A program made the position numbers and the translations under genes. Below, in pieces: positions 20,049 through 28,658 of a stretch of 43,307 bases of DNA (position 1 is its first letter; each line of letters starts with the position of its first letter). Source of the DNA: a bacterium (lineage in GTDB: Bacteria; Margulisbacteria; WOR-1; O2-12-FULL-45-9; XYB2-FULL-48-7). A model generated the notes under the pieces. The model was not told the DNA's origin. It did not search any database and saw only the letters and a list, made by a program, of their open reading frames with translations. The stretch is from assembly GCA_043812655.1 (NCBI GenBank), contig JBDRLW010000004.1, positions 1-43,307 of the forward strand. Reading direction: 5' to 3'.

Positions 20049-21113
20049 ATGCACAGATATTCTAAGCCTCGATCGCAAAAGAAAGGGCTAGCCCCGGGAA
20101 CGCTCGTCCACATCGGTGAAAAGAAGAGCGAAGAGATAAAACTTTCGCTTATCCATTATAATAAAACTAACCTCAAAGAGATCGAACTAAAGTCTGTTAA
20201 AGAGTGTGCCCAGTTCATAAATAAACCTGGGGTCCTCTGGATAAACCTGGATGGTTTGCATCGCACCGAAACGATCGAACAGCTCGGCCAACTGTTTAAG
20301 CTCCATCCTCTAGTTTTAGAAGATATCGTTAATACCGAACAGCGCCCTAAACTTGAGGAATATGATGATTACCTTTATATCGTTTTAAAAATGATCTATT
20401 CAGCCCCCCAAAACAGTACCGTAGTAACTGAACAATTAAGCCTGATCCTGGGGAAAAACTATGTCCTTACTTTCCAGGAAAAACCGGGAGATATCTTTGA
20501 TCTTTTACGGGAAAGGATAAGGGCGAACAAAGGCCGGATAAGGAAAGCCGGCGCCGACTACCTGGCCTATTCTTTAATAGACGCGATCATTGACAGTTAT
20601 TTTGGCATCATGGAAAAAGGCGGCGAAGAGCTTGAGAACCTTGAAGACGAGGTAGTTTCATCCCCTTCGACCAAAACCCTGAACCGGATCCATCATCTAA
20701 AGCGGGACATGATCTTTTTGCGCAAAGCGATCTGGCCGCTTCGGGAAGTTATCGGCCGCTTGCAGAATATCGGTAAACCCTTTATACAACCGCCTACTAT
20801 AGTGTATCTGAGGGACATTTACGACCATTCTATCCAGCTTATGGACACGGTCGAAACTTTCCGCGACATGCTTTCAGGCATGCTTGATATCTATCTTTCC
20901 AGCATCAATAACCGCTTGAACGAAATAATGAAAGTCCTCACCATTATTGCCACCATTTTTATGCCGTTGACTTTCATCACCGGCTTGTACGGCATGAACT
21001 TCAAGTTTATGCCCGAACTGTATCAAGCCTGGGGATACCCCGCGGTCCTAACGGTCATGGTTTTTGTGGTCGCAGTAATGCTGGCTTACTTTAGACGCAA
21101 GAAGTGGATCTGA
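20049..21113 (+). CDS. corA: Magnesium/cobalt transporter CorA
   Basis: HPLVLEDI...QRPK, NEIMKVLTI, YGMNF.FMPEL, C-terminal RRKKWI. Confidence 0.96.
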   Translation: MHRYSKPRSQKKGLAPGTLVHIGEKKSEEIKLSLIHYNKTNLKEIELKSVKECAQFINKPGVLWINLDGLHRTETIEQLGQLFKLHPLVLEDIVNTEQRPKLEEYDDYLYIVLKMIYSAPQNSTVVTEQLSLILGKNYVLTFQEKPGDIFDLLRERIRANKGRIRKAGADYLAYSLIDAIIDSYFGIMEKGGEELENLEDEVVSSPSTKTLNRIHHLKRDMIFLRKAIWPLREVIGRLQNIGKPFIQPPTIVYLRDIYDHSIQLMDTVETFRDMLSGMLDIYLSSINNRLNEIMKVLTIIATIFMPLTFITGLYGMNFKFMPELYQAWGYPAVLTVMVFVVAVMLAYFRRKKWI

Positions 21114-21118
21114 TCTTT

Positions 21119-21694
21119 TTAGCGTAAAGCTAACTCCAGCAGGGAAAATAAACCAAACAGAATAAAGATCACCGCCCCCACCCAACGCAGCTTCTCTTCT
21201 GGTATATGCCGTTTTAACAAGATGCTGGCTAAAATCGCGACAATATTGATCCCTCCCATCCCCAAAGTCGCCCCCAACCAGACCTGGAAAGGCGTCCCAT
21301 ATTTCGCCGCCAAAGCCATCACTGCCAATTGGGTCTTATCCCCTAATTCGGCCAGGAAAAAAGCCGACACAATAAAAAGAAAACTTGATCGGTCCTTATT
21401 GGCTCCGGGTTTTATGTTTTCTTTTTGTTCAGAAAATATTGTCCAAACACCAAAACCAATGAACATTAAGCCGGCAATCAACTGGAGAAAATAGTGTGGG
21501 ACCAGCTGATAAACAATGCCGCCAAAGATAACAGCTAACCCGTTCAGAAGCGCGGTTGCAGCTAAAATCCCAAAGATCACAACCCCCAGCGGAAATCTGG
21601 TCGCAAGTCCGATCGCGAGCAGCTGGGTCTTATCGCCTAGCTCGGCGATCCCGATCACCAAGAACGAAACGATAAGCGGCCAAAAAGCCATCAT
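21119..21694 (-). CDS. TMEM165/GDT1 (UPF0016) Mn2+/Ca2+ transporter
   Basis: Two AELGDKTQL motifs. Confidence 0.93.
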   Translation of the reverse strand: MMAFWPLIVSFLVIGIAELGDKTQLLAIGLATRFPLGVVIFGILAATALLNGLAVIFGGIVYQLVPHYFLQLIAGLMFIGFGVWTIFSEQKENIKPGANKDRSSFLFIVSAFFLAELGDKTQLAVMALAAKYGTPFQVWLGATLGMGGINIVAILASILLKRHIPEEKLRWVGAVIFILFGLFSLLELALR

Positions 21695-22101
21695 TAAATT
21701 AATAACCGGTCAAGCTCGGCTGGAATTTCCGGCCTCCCCTTTTGGTTTAACGCCGTCCCCACAACTTTGCCCTGCAGGATCATTTTCTCGTCGGGCAAGC
21801 GGTAAATGTCCTGCACAAAAGCAAAGCGGAGTTTTGATTCCCTGATAAAATTAAGTCCAACATAAAACTCATCACCGCTGGTTAAAGACGACCGGTAATC
21901 AAGTTCGATCCGCGTGACAACTAAATTGACTCCTTTAGCCGTTAGCGCCGCAAATTCGACGCCAACACTCTTTAAATATTCGTGGCGGGTATGTTCCAGA
22001 TAATTTTGGTAAACAGCATTATTAACGATCCCCTGGAGATCACATTCATAATCGCGGACCTTAAAATTTAGTTTAAATTGGTATGTCGGCATTTTATTCA
22101 T
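21694..22101 (-). CDS. Acyl-CoA thioesterase (4HBT/YbgC family)
   Basis: VRDYECDLQGIVNNAVYQNYLEHTR. Confidence 0.9.
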   Translation of the reverse strand: MNKMPTYQFKLNFKVRDYECDLQGIVNNAVYQNYLEHTRHEYLKSVGVEFAALTAKGVNLVVTRIELDYRSSLTSGDEFYVGLNFIRESKLRFAFVQDIYRLPDEKMILQGKVVGTALNQKGRPEIPAELDRLLI

Positions 22102-24055
22102 ACCTTAAAGCCTCGATCGGCAGCAGCCTGGCCGCGCGCCGCGCCGGCCAGAGGCCAAAGATAACGCCGACCAAAACTGAAAAAGTAAAAGCCAGCATGA
22201 TCGACTGCAACGTTATCAAGACCGACCACCCAGCCAAGGCCGAGATCGAAAAAGAAATTAAACTTCCCACCCCGATCCCGATCACCCCGCCAAAAACGCA
22301 GATCAAAACCGCTTCAACCAAGAACTGGGTCATGATGTCGCGGTCTTCCGCACCCAGCGCCTTGCGCAGGCCGATCTCATGCGTCCGCTCCATCACCATG
22401 ACCAGCATAATGTTCATGATGCCGATGCCGCCAACCATCAGCGAGACCGCGGCGATCGCCCCGAGTAAGAAAGAGAAAGTCTTGACGGTTTCACTCGCCG
22501 CTTTTTGGATATCAGCCATGTTGCGGATATCAAAAACATCGGACTGCGACGGCGGCAGACGGTGAAGCTTGACTAAAAGCGGCGGAATCTCTTCCTGGAC
22601 GGGAGCCAAATCGTCGGCCGTTTCGGTCTGGACGTCAAAATTATTGATATAATCGCGGCCCAGCAAGCGGTGCATCGCGGTCGAGAGCGGAACAACGATC
22701 TGGTCATCAACGTTGCGGAAACCTTGCGCCCCTTTTTCCGGCATAACCCCGACTACCTGTAAATTGACCCGGTTGACTTTGACCCACTTGCCCAGCGGAT
22801 TTTCATCCGGAAAAAGCTCCTTGGCCACAGCGAAACCTAAAACTGCAACTTTAGCCCTGGAGTTCTCTTCGGTCCGGTTAAAAAAACGTCCGACATTCGG
22901 CACCGAATCGCGCACCGTTTGATAATCAACGCTGCTGCCATAAACAGTCGTGTTCCAATTCCGATTTTTATAAACGACTTGGACCCGGCCGGAAACATAA
23001 GGAACGACTGCCTTAACCCCTTCAAGCCGCTTGATCCCCTCCATGTCCTGCAAATTAAACCTGGTCACAACATCACTGCCAAGTGAGATCCTCTGCGTCC
23101 GTCCAACCGACCTGACCGTTAATAAATTGGTGCCGAGCGCCGCCAAGCTCTTTTCTACCTGCTGTTGGGCGCCAAAACCGATCGCCATCATGGCAATAAC
23201 CGCGCCAACACCGATCACCACGCCCAAGATCGACAAGAAAGACCTTAATTTATTGGTTAGGAGCGAAAGATAAGCTTCAAAAAAATAATTCGTCAGCCGG
23301 CTAAGCGAAAAGATATTGAATTCCCGCGGCTTCATCTGCGGCATCGCTGTCTGGGTTCCAGTTGATACTGTCCTAATCCTTTCATCGGCAATGATCTTAC
23401 CGTCTGATAAAGTGATCTTGCGGCTCGCTTCGCCCGCTAAATTCGGCTCGTGCGTCACCATGATGATCGTGTTGCCGCGCTGGTTTATCTCTTTAAATAA
23501 TTTTATGATCTCCTGCGCCGACTTGGTATCAAGGTTGCCGGTCGGTTCATCAGCCATGATCACCAGCGGCTTATTGGCTAACGCCCTAGCCAATGCGACC
23601 CGCTGCTGCTGCCCGCCGGACAGCTCGTTCGGCCGATGCTGGAGGCGGTCACCCAACCCAACCCTGGCCAGCAGTGCTTTGGCTTCTTTCTTATTCTCGG
23701 CCGTGATCCCTTCGTTATAAACGAATGGCAACATCGTGTTCGCCACGATATCAAGGCGTGGTAAAAGGTTAAATGACTGGAAAACAAAACCGAGCAAGCG
23801 GTTGCGCAAGCGCGAAGTTTCCCTTTCAGACAAATGGGAAACTTCTTTTTCAAGAAGTAAATAGTCGCCCGAATCTGGCCGATCAAGCAGGCCAAGCAGG
23901 GCTAGAAGCGTTGATTTACCGGAACCGGAAGAGCCCATGATCGCCACGAATTCGCCTTGTTCGATCTTAAGCGAAACATCGCGGAGGGCATAAACAGGGA
24001 TCTTCCCGCCGATATAATACGTCTTATTAATATTACGCAGTTCGATCAGGGACAT
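22094..24055 (-). CDS. macB: MacB-type ABC transporter, ATPase-permease fusion
   Basis: GSSGSGKS, LSGGQQQR, ADEPTGNLD, RSFLSILG, GGIGIMNIML..V.ER..EIG.RKALGA, PIEALRYE. Confidence 0.93.
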   Translation of the reverse strand: MSLIELRNINKTYYIGGKIPVYALRDVSLKIEQGEFVAIMGSSGSGKSTLLALLGLLDRPDSGDYLLLEKEVSHLSERETSRLRNRLLGFVFQSFNLLPRLDIVANTMLPFVYNEGITAENKKEAKALLARVGLGDRLQHRPNELSGGQQQRVALARALANKPLVIMADEPTGNLDTKSAQEIIKLFKEINQRGNTIIMVTHEPNLAGEASRKITLSDGKIIADERIRTVSTGTQTAMPQMKPREFNIFSLSRLTNYFFEAYLSLLTNKLRSFLSILGVVIGVGAVIAMMAIGFGAQQQVEKSLAALGTNLLTVRSVGRTQRISLGSDVVTRFNLQDMEGIKRLEGVKAVVPYVSGRVQVVYKNRNWNTTVYGSSVDYQTVRDSVPNVGRFFNRTEENSRAKVAVLGFAVAKELFPDENPLGKWVKVNRVNLQVVGVMPEKGAQGFRNVDDQIVVPLSTAMHRLLGRDYINNFDVQTETADDLAPVQEEIPPLLVKLHRLPPSQSDVFDIRNMADIQKAASETVKTFSFLLGAIAAVSLMVGGIGIMNIMLVMVMERTHEIGLRKALGAEDRDIMTQFLVEAVLICVFGGVIGIGVGSLISFSISALAGWSVLITLQSIMLAFTFSVLVGVIFGLWPARRAARLLPIEALRYE

Positions 24056-25086
24056 TACTTTTTCTGTCCACCGAACGGATTGACCGTCATCGGGCCGCGG
24101 CGGCGGGAGAGTGAATCGATCAGCTCTTTGGTCGGCACCACAACTTTATCGCCCAATTTCAGGCCGCTGACAATTTCAATGTTGTCGCCATTCTCCAGGC
24201 CGGTTTCAACCTGGAGCGAGCTGGGCTTTTCCCCCTCTTTTTTAACCATGAACACATAGGATATTTTCCCCCGCTTCTTGATCGCTTTTGTCGGCAGGAC
24301 CAAGACGTCTTGTTTTTCATTTTGGAAGAAATTAACCGTGGCGCTCATCCCAGCCCTAAAGAACGGCGGGATACGCTCTGGGATCAAATTAACTTCATAA
24401 ACCGTGACATTATTGACCACCGTCGATTCATAAGCGATAGATTCAACCTTGCCGTTGATCATTTCATCTGGATAAGAGTCAAGTATAATTTCGACCCGCT
24501 GGCCAAGTTTGATCCGGCCGATATCGGTCTCATCAATTTGCGCTTTCACGATCAGTTTATCGGCCATGACCAAGACAGTATCGTTACTGGTGAAAGTTTG
24601 GCCCGGTTCAACGCTCCTCTGGATAATGAAGCCGGCAATCGGCGCGATGACCGGCGTCGGCTTATACATCGTTTCCCAGCGTTTAAGTTCTTCCTCGCCG
24701 CTCGCCCTGGCGGCATCAAGGAGCGTCGCCCGCTCAAGCGAGCTCATCCAGGCCAGGATATTGCCTTTGGCCACCCTTTGCCCTTCTTGGACCAAGACCG
24801 ATTCGATCCGGCCGGCCACCGGCGGCTTGATCTCCAGCCTATTTCTTGGCATGACAGTGCCGGTAGAAGGAATGCTTGATTGGATGCTCCCTTTGGTGAC
24901 TTCAACTATTTCGAGCGGCTTTTCTTTTTTCGGCGCGCAGGAGGTTAGGCTTAACGTTAAAAGAACTATTAATGAAAAATTAAAAATGAAAAATGAAAAA
25001 TGCTGGTAAATGTTTTTATCAAGATCATATCGCGCGGCGATACCTCCATTTTTAATTTTTAATTTCTCACATTTTTCATTTCTCAT
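24055..25086 (-). CDS. MacA-like periplasmic adaptor (membrane fusion protein)
   Basis: GRIESVLVQEGQ.V.KG, APIAG, IDETDIG.IKLGQ, GMSATV, EIVSGL; N-terminus is repeat-derived, so the start is uncertain. Confidence 0.88.
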   Translation of the reverse strand: MRNEKCEKLKIKNGGIAARYDLDKNIYQHFSFFIFNFSLIVLLTLSLTSCAPKKEKPLEIVEVTKGSIQSSIPSTGTVMPRNRLEIKPPVAGRIESVLVQEGQRVAKGNILAWMSSLERATLLDAARASGEEELKRWETMYKPTPVIAPIAGFIIQRSVEPGQTFTSNDTVLVMADKLIVKAQIDETDIGRIKLGQRVEIILDSYPDEMINGKVESIAYESTVVNNVTVYEVNLIPERIPPFFRAGMSATVNFFQNEKQDVLVLPTKAIKKRGKISYVFMVKKEGEKPSSLQVETGLENGDNIEIVSGLKLGDKVVVPTKELIDSLSRRRGPMTVNPFGGQKK

Positions 25087-25088
25087 TT
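24971..25088. repeat. Inverted pair of heptamer arrays (AATGAAA/AATTAAA-type)
   Basis: aatgaaa-aattaaa-aatgaaa-aatgaaa (24971-25002) facing tttaatt-tttaatt-tctcaca-tttttca-tttctca (25051-25085). Confidence 0.75.
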
Positions 25089-26285
25089 AACGTAACCTCC
25101 ATAAGCATTATGCCAGGCAGCTTCGGCGTAGAGCGCCGCCTTTTTCCTGGCCAACAGATTTCGCTGGGCAGTAATATAATCATTTTCAATAATATCCCAA
25201 TTATCGTAATTTAAAAGGCCGTTCAAATATTTCGTCCTGGAGATCTCGGCCCTAACTGCGGCCGCTTTAAGCGACAGCTTGGCGATCTTGACCGCTTCGA
25301 CCGCGTCTTGATAACTATTGTAAGCAGATTCCAGGCCGTATCTTAAGTCATTGACCCCGCTTTGGAAATCTTGTTTAGCTTTATCAAGTTGCGCTTGATA
25401 GATCAACCGGTCGGCAATATTAGCCCCGCCGGGAAAAATGGAATAAGACAAACTTACGCTCCAGTTTTGGCTATCGGTCGTTGGCGGCCAGTTTGCCCCG
25501 GTCTTTTGGTAAGAACCATTAAGTGAAACCGAAGGCAAGAACTCGCTGATCGTCTTCTTATATGAAAGCTCCGCTTTATCTAATTGTTTTTGGTACATTA
25601 TATAAGATGGGACGGCAATTAATATTTGACCATAATTTGGAGTAGATGCGCCCGTAGTTTCGAGCGACCCTTCAGCCTTATCAACTTCCGCTGAAACAAG
25701 CTGGCTAAGTTTTAGCCTGGCCAAAGATTTTGACCTCTCAGCGACCTTAATATTATTAGCGGCGTCCGCTTGATCAGCCTCTGTCCGCAAGAGCGCTCCC
25801 TGGTCTTCCCTGCCGCTTTCGAACCGGAGCTTGATCAGATCAGTATTATTTTTACGCCTTTCGAATATCTGCTTATAGAGGGTAATATATTCATCGGCTA
25901 CCGCCAGGTCAACAAATGATTGGCGCAGCTGCAAATAAACATCCGCCTCCGCTTTTTGCCTTGAAGCTTGATAATAATCGTAATCGTCTTTGGCGGACAG
26001 CGAACTGAAATAATCATCAAAACCGGAAAAGAGCGATTGCGAAACGCTCAAGCCGTAGCTGGCGCTCGATTTACCCGAAGAGGCATTGGCTGAAACCTGG
26101 GGCAAGAAAGGAGAAAAACTCCTGTAATAGCTTAACTTTGCCGACTCAACCTGCTTGGCGGCGCTGATCAGGTCTGGATTATTTTGCTGGGCCAGCTTTA
26201 ATGTGGCCTGCCATCCCTGCGCCAAAACCGGCAAGCCTAACCCAACAACTAACAAGCTAATAAAAAGCGATCTCTTAATGGCCAT
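25083..26285 (-). CDS. TolC family outer-membrane efflux protein
   Basis: Signal peptide, A.QNNPDL, two FLP.VS strands, OEP helical repeats; operon with macAB. Confidence 0.88.
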   Translation of the reverse strand: MAIKRSLFISLLVVGLGLPVLAQGWQATLKLAQQNNPDLISAAKQVESAKLSYYRSFSPFLPQVSANASSGKSSASYGLSVSQSLFSGFDDYFSSLSAKDDYDYYQASRQKAEADVYLQLRQSFVDLAVADEYITLYKQIFERRKNNTDLIKLRFESGREDQGALLRTEADQADAANNIKVAERSKSLARLKLSQLVSAEVDKAEGSLETTGASTPNYGQILIAVPSYIMYQKQLDKAELSYKKTISEFLPSVSLNGSYQKTGANWPPTTDSQNWSVSLSYSIFPGGANIADRLIYQAQLDKAKQDFQSGVNDLRYGLESAYNSYQDAVEAVKIAKLSLKAAAVRAEISRTKYLNGLLNYDNWDIIENDYITAQRNLLARKKAALYAEAAWHNAYGGYVK

Positions 26286-26302
26286 CTGGGGTTATTTTAC
26301 CA

Positions 26303-26746
26303 CTACTTTTTGCCAAAAGAAAACAATCTGGGTTTTTTCATCAGATCATTGAATTTTTGTTTCTGCTCCGGCGTCAAGCTCGCTTTTAGATCAAGGAGCG
26401 AGTCGAGCCTTTTTATCTCAATGTCGCCCTGGGCGGATTTTATCACCAGGAGAGACTTCACTATCGCTGGCCGATCAGGTGTATCTTTAATTAATTCGGC
26501 TTTTAACTTTTCCCCCTCCCCTTTAATTTTCTCCAGGAGCGGGGCGACTTCTTTCCTGATCTTCTCCTGGGCGGCCAAAAACTGTGTTTTTTGGGCCTCT
26601 GTTAAATTAAGCCTTTTAACTATCTGCCCGCCACGGTTCTTGCCTTTCGCCTTATCCCGCCCCCACCACGCGGCTGAAGCTTGGGACGAACTCACCGCTA
26701 ACCAAACCAACAAAACGATCGAAACTATTTGCCAAGACTTTTTCAT
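26303..26746 (-). CDS. Spy/CpxP family periplasmic protein
   Basis: Signal peptide, LNLTEAQK and LTPEQK motifs; AAGGAGG before ATG 26746. Confidence 0.85.
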   Translation of the reverse strand: MKKSWQIVSIVLLVWLAVSSSQASAAWWGRDKAKGKNRGGQIVKRLNLTEAQKTQFLAAQEKIRKEVAPLLEKIKGEGEKLKAELIKDTPDRPAIVKSLLVIKSAQGDIEIKRLDSLLDLKASLTPEQKQKFNDLMKKPRLFSFGKK

Positions 26747-26761
26747 TTTCTTTCCCTCCTT

Positions 26762-26782
26762 GCCCCGAGCCTGTCGAGGGGC
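26762..26782. repeat. Short REP-like palindrome
   Basis: gccccgagcctgtcgaggggc; same CCGAGC..GTCGAGG termini as 3565-3584 and the rnpB inserts. Confidence 0.7.
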
Positions 26783-26801
26783 TTTTTCGCGTTCAATAAG
26801 A

Positions 26802-26830
26802 TTAGACAAATGACACAAAGAAAAAGTTCC
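26802..26830 (-). promoter_or_regulatory. ECF sigma (sigmaE/AlgU-type) promoter of the spy-like gene
   Basis: Minus strand GGAACTT-N16-GTCTAA immediately after the anti-sigma stop. Confidence 0.7.
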
Positions 26831-26831
26831 C

Positions 26832-27104
26832 TCACTCTCCAAAGACATAAGACATTAAAATATTGCCATTGATAGTTTCCCCTTCTTCCAGGTAACTGGC
26901 GATCGTTTCTTTGTTCCCGCCAGGATTAAGAGTGTAATACAATGAAAAGACCGCTAAAAAAACACCCGTCAGCGCGGCTGCTATTAGCCAAGAATTAGCT
27001 GGCTTTGGTTGAGCCCGCAACGCGATCGCTGTGTACGCCTTATCATAATCGATCTTTGGCGACAGGCCTTTAAGCTCCTTGATATATTTTTTATAGCTAT
27101 CCAT
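26832..27104 (-). CDS. Putative anti-sigma factor (single TM)
   Basis: 90 aa, one TM, overlaps the 3' end of the ECF sigma gene. Confidence 0.6.
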   Translation of the reverse strand: MDSYKKYIKELKGLSPKIDYDKAYTAIALRAQPKPANSWLIAAALTGVFLAVFSLYYTLNPGGNKETIASYLEEGETINGNILMSYVFGE

Positions 27105-27579
27105 TTTTGCTCACTTCCTTTTTAATTATTTCCCTGGCGCGATGCAAATTTGACTTGACCGTGCCGACCGGGATCTTTAAGAGCGCCGCCGCTTCATCCA
27201 GCGATTTCTCTTCGACATCTATCAACAAGAGTATCATTCTCTGCCGGGGATTTAATTTTTCCAGCGGCTTAAAGACCTCTATGTCGGCCGGCGCCTCCGG
27301 CTCTGCCGCCTCGATCAACCTAAAAGCCGACAAAACCTGCTTCAAGCCAGAGTAGTGGCGTTGTTTTTTTAGGTAGTTTAACGCGGTATTGACGGTGATC
27401 CGATAGATCCAAGTATTAAGCGCCGCTTCCCCTCGGAATTTTGGCAGGGCTTTGTGGACAGCTAAAAAGACTTCTTGGAATAGGTCTTCCCTATCTTCCG
27501 GCTTAAAAACATATTTGGAAACTAATTTCCAAACATTGGCTTTGTGATCGTGGTATATTACGGAAAAATCCGGTTGCAT
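27097..27579 (-). CDS. ECF RNA polymerase sigma factor
   Basis: EDLFQEVFL, TWIYRITVN.A.NYL, IPVGTVKSNLHRAR; start 27579 or 27594. Confidence 0.93.
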   Translation of the reverse strand: MQPDFSVIYHDHKANVWKLVSKYVFKPEDREDLFQEVFLAVHKALPKFRGEAALNTWIYRITVNTALNYLKKQRHYSGLKQVLSAFRLIEAAEPEAPADIEVFKPLEKLNPRQRMILLLIDVEEKSLDEAAALLKIPVGTVKSNLHRAREIIKKEVSKNG

Positions 27580-27581
27580 AT

Positions 27582-28508
27582 TTATATTAGGCAATCGACC
27601 AGCGCTAAAAGTTCCTCATAACTCTGGATCCCATTAACCTGCCCCCTGACTTTTGACGCGTCGGGAAAGGACTTTAAATACCAGAGGGCGACTTTGCGCA
27701 AGAAACCAATCTTGCTTACCTGCCGATATTCGTTGACCAGGGCTAAATGTGCTTTCAAGACTTGCTGGCGGGTGGCCAGGTCGACCTGATCTACTCCTTG
27801 GAAGATCCAGGGATTACCGAACGATCCACGGGCGACCATGACCCCATCGCAACCGGTTTCGTTAAACATTTTTTTGATCCCGGCCGTAGAAAAAACGTTC
27901 CCCGAACCAAAGACCGGGATCGTCACCGCTTCTTTAACCGCTTTGATGCTTTTATAATCGATCTCGCCGGAATAACCTTGCCTTTGGGTCCGGCCGTGGA
28001 TAAAGATCGCCGCCGCCCCGCTCTTTTCACATTGCTTGGCGATCGAAGCGATCTCTTTGAGATCAGCCTTAAGAAATCCGGTGCGAAGTTTCACGGTCAC
28101 CGGGATGGGCAATCCAGCCGCCAGCTTTTTTATTATTGCCGACAATCTTTTAACATCTTTTAAGAGATATGAACCGGCTTTTTTCTTTAAGACTTTTTTG
28201 ACCGGGCAAGCGGCATTAATGTCCAGGAACGGTATCTTAACATTACTCAAGATCACTTTGGCCGCTTTAAGCATATCATCAGGGTCGGCGCCGACCAATT
28301 GCGCGGCAGTCGGCTGGTCTTCTTCCGTTGTGGCCAAAATATCAAGGTTCCTTTTGGCGTTGTGGATCAGCCCATTGCAGTCGATCATCTCAAAAAAACA
28401 AAATTTGGCGCCATGCCTCCTGGCGATCAACCGGAACGGCAGGTCGCTGACCCCCGACATCGGCGCTAGCATTAGATCGGTCGGTAACTCATAAGAGCCA
28501 ATTTTCAT
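27582..28508 (-). CDS. dusB: tRNA-dihydrouridine synthase
   Basis: LAPMSGVSDLPFR, DINAACP, PVTVKLR.G, IHGRT, DGVMVARG.FGNPWIF. Confidence 0.92.
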   Translation of the reverse strand: MKIGSYELPTDLMLAPMSGVSDLPFRLIARRHGAKFCFFEMIDCNGLIHNAKRNLDILATTEEDQPTAAQLVGADPDDMLKAAKVILSNVKIPFLDINAACPVKKVLKKKAGSYLLKDVKRLSAIIKKLAAGLPIPVTVKLRTGFLKADLKEIASIAKQCEKSGAAAIFIHGRTQRQGYSGEIDYKSIKAVKEAVTIPVFGSGNVFSTAGIKKMFNETGCDGVMVARGSFGNPWIFQGVDQVDLATRQQVLKAHLALVNEYRQVSKIGFLRKVALWYLKSFPDASKVRGQVNGIQSYEELLALVDCLI

Positions 28509-28515
28509 TTTCTAT

Positions 28516-28638
28516 CCCCCTCACCCCGGCTCCGATTTCATCGGAGCCTGCCCCTCTCCCAAGAGGAGAGGGGCGATATAAACAATCATTTATATTGTAC
28601 CACCCCTCTCCCTCTGGGAGAGGGGAAAGGGGTGAGGG
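28516..28638. repeat. CCCTCACCC/CCCTCTCCC..GGGAGAGGG palindromic element with nested palindrome
   Basis: Terminal ccctcacccc/ggggtgaggg, two internal cccctctccc..ggagagggg hairpins, nested ggctccgat-ttc-atcggagcc. Confidence 0.85.
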
Positions 28639-28658
28639 TTTAATGATATAATTTCGTA

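Noticed and set aside
22083..25009. Long plus-strand ORFs opposite macAB (up to 189 aa)
   Set aside because: They are shadow ORFs of conserved genes with no recognisable motifs or RBS.
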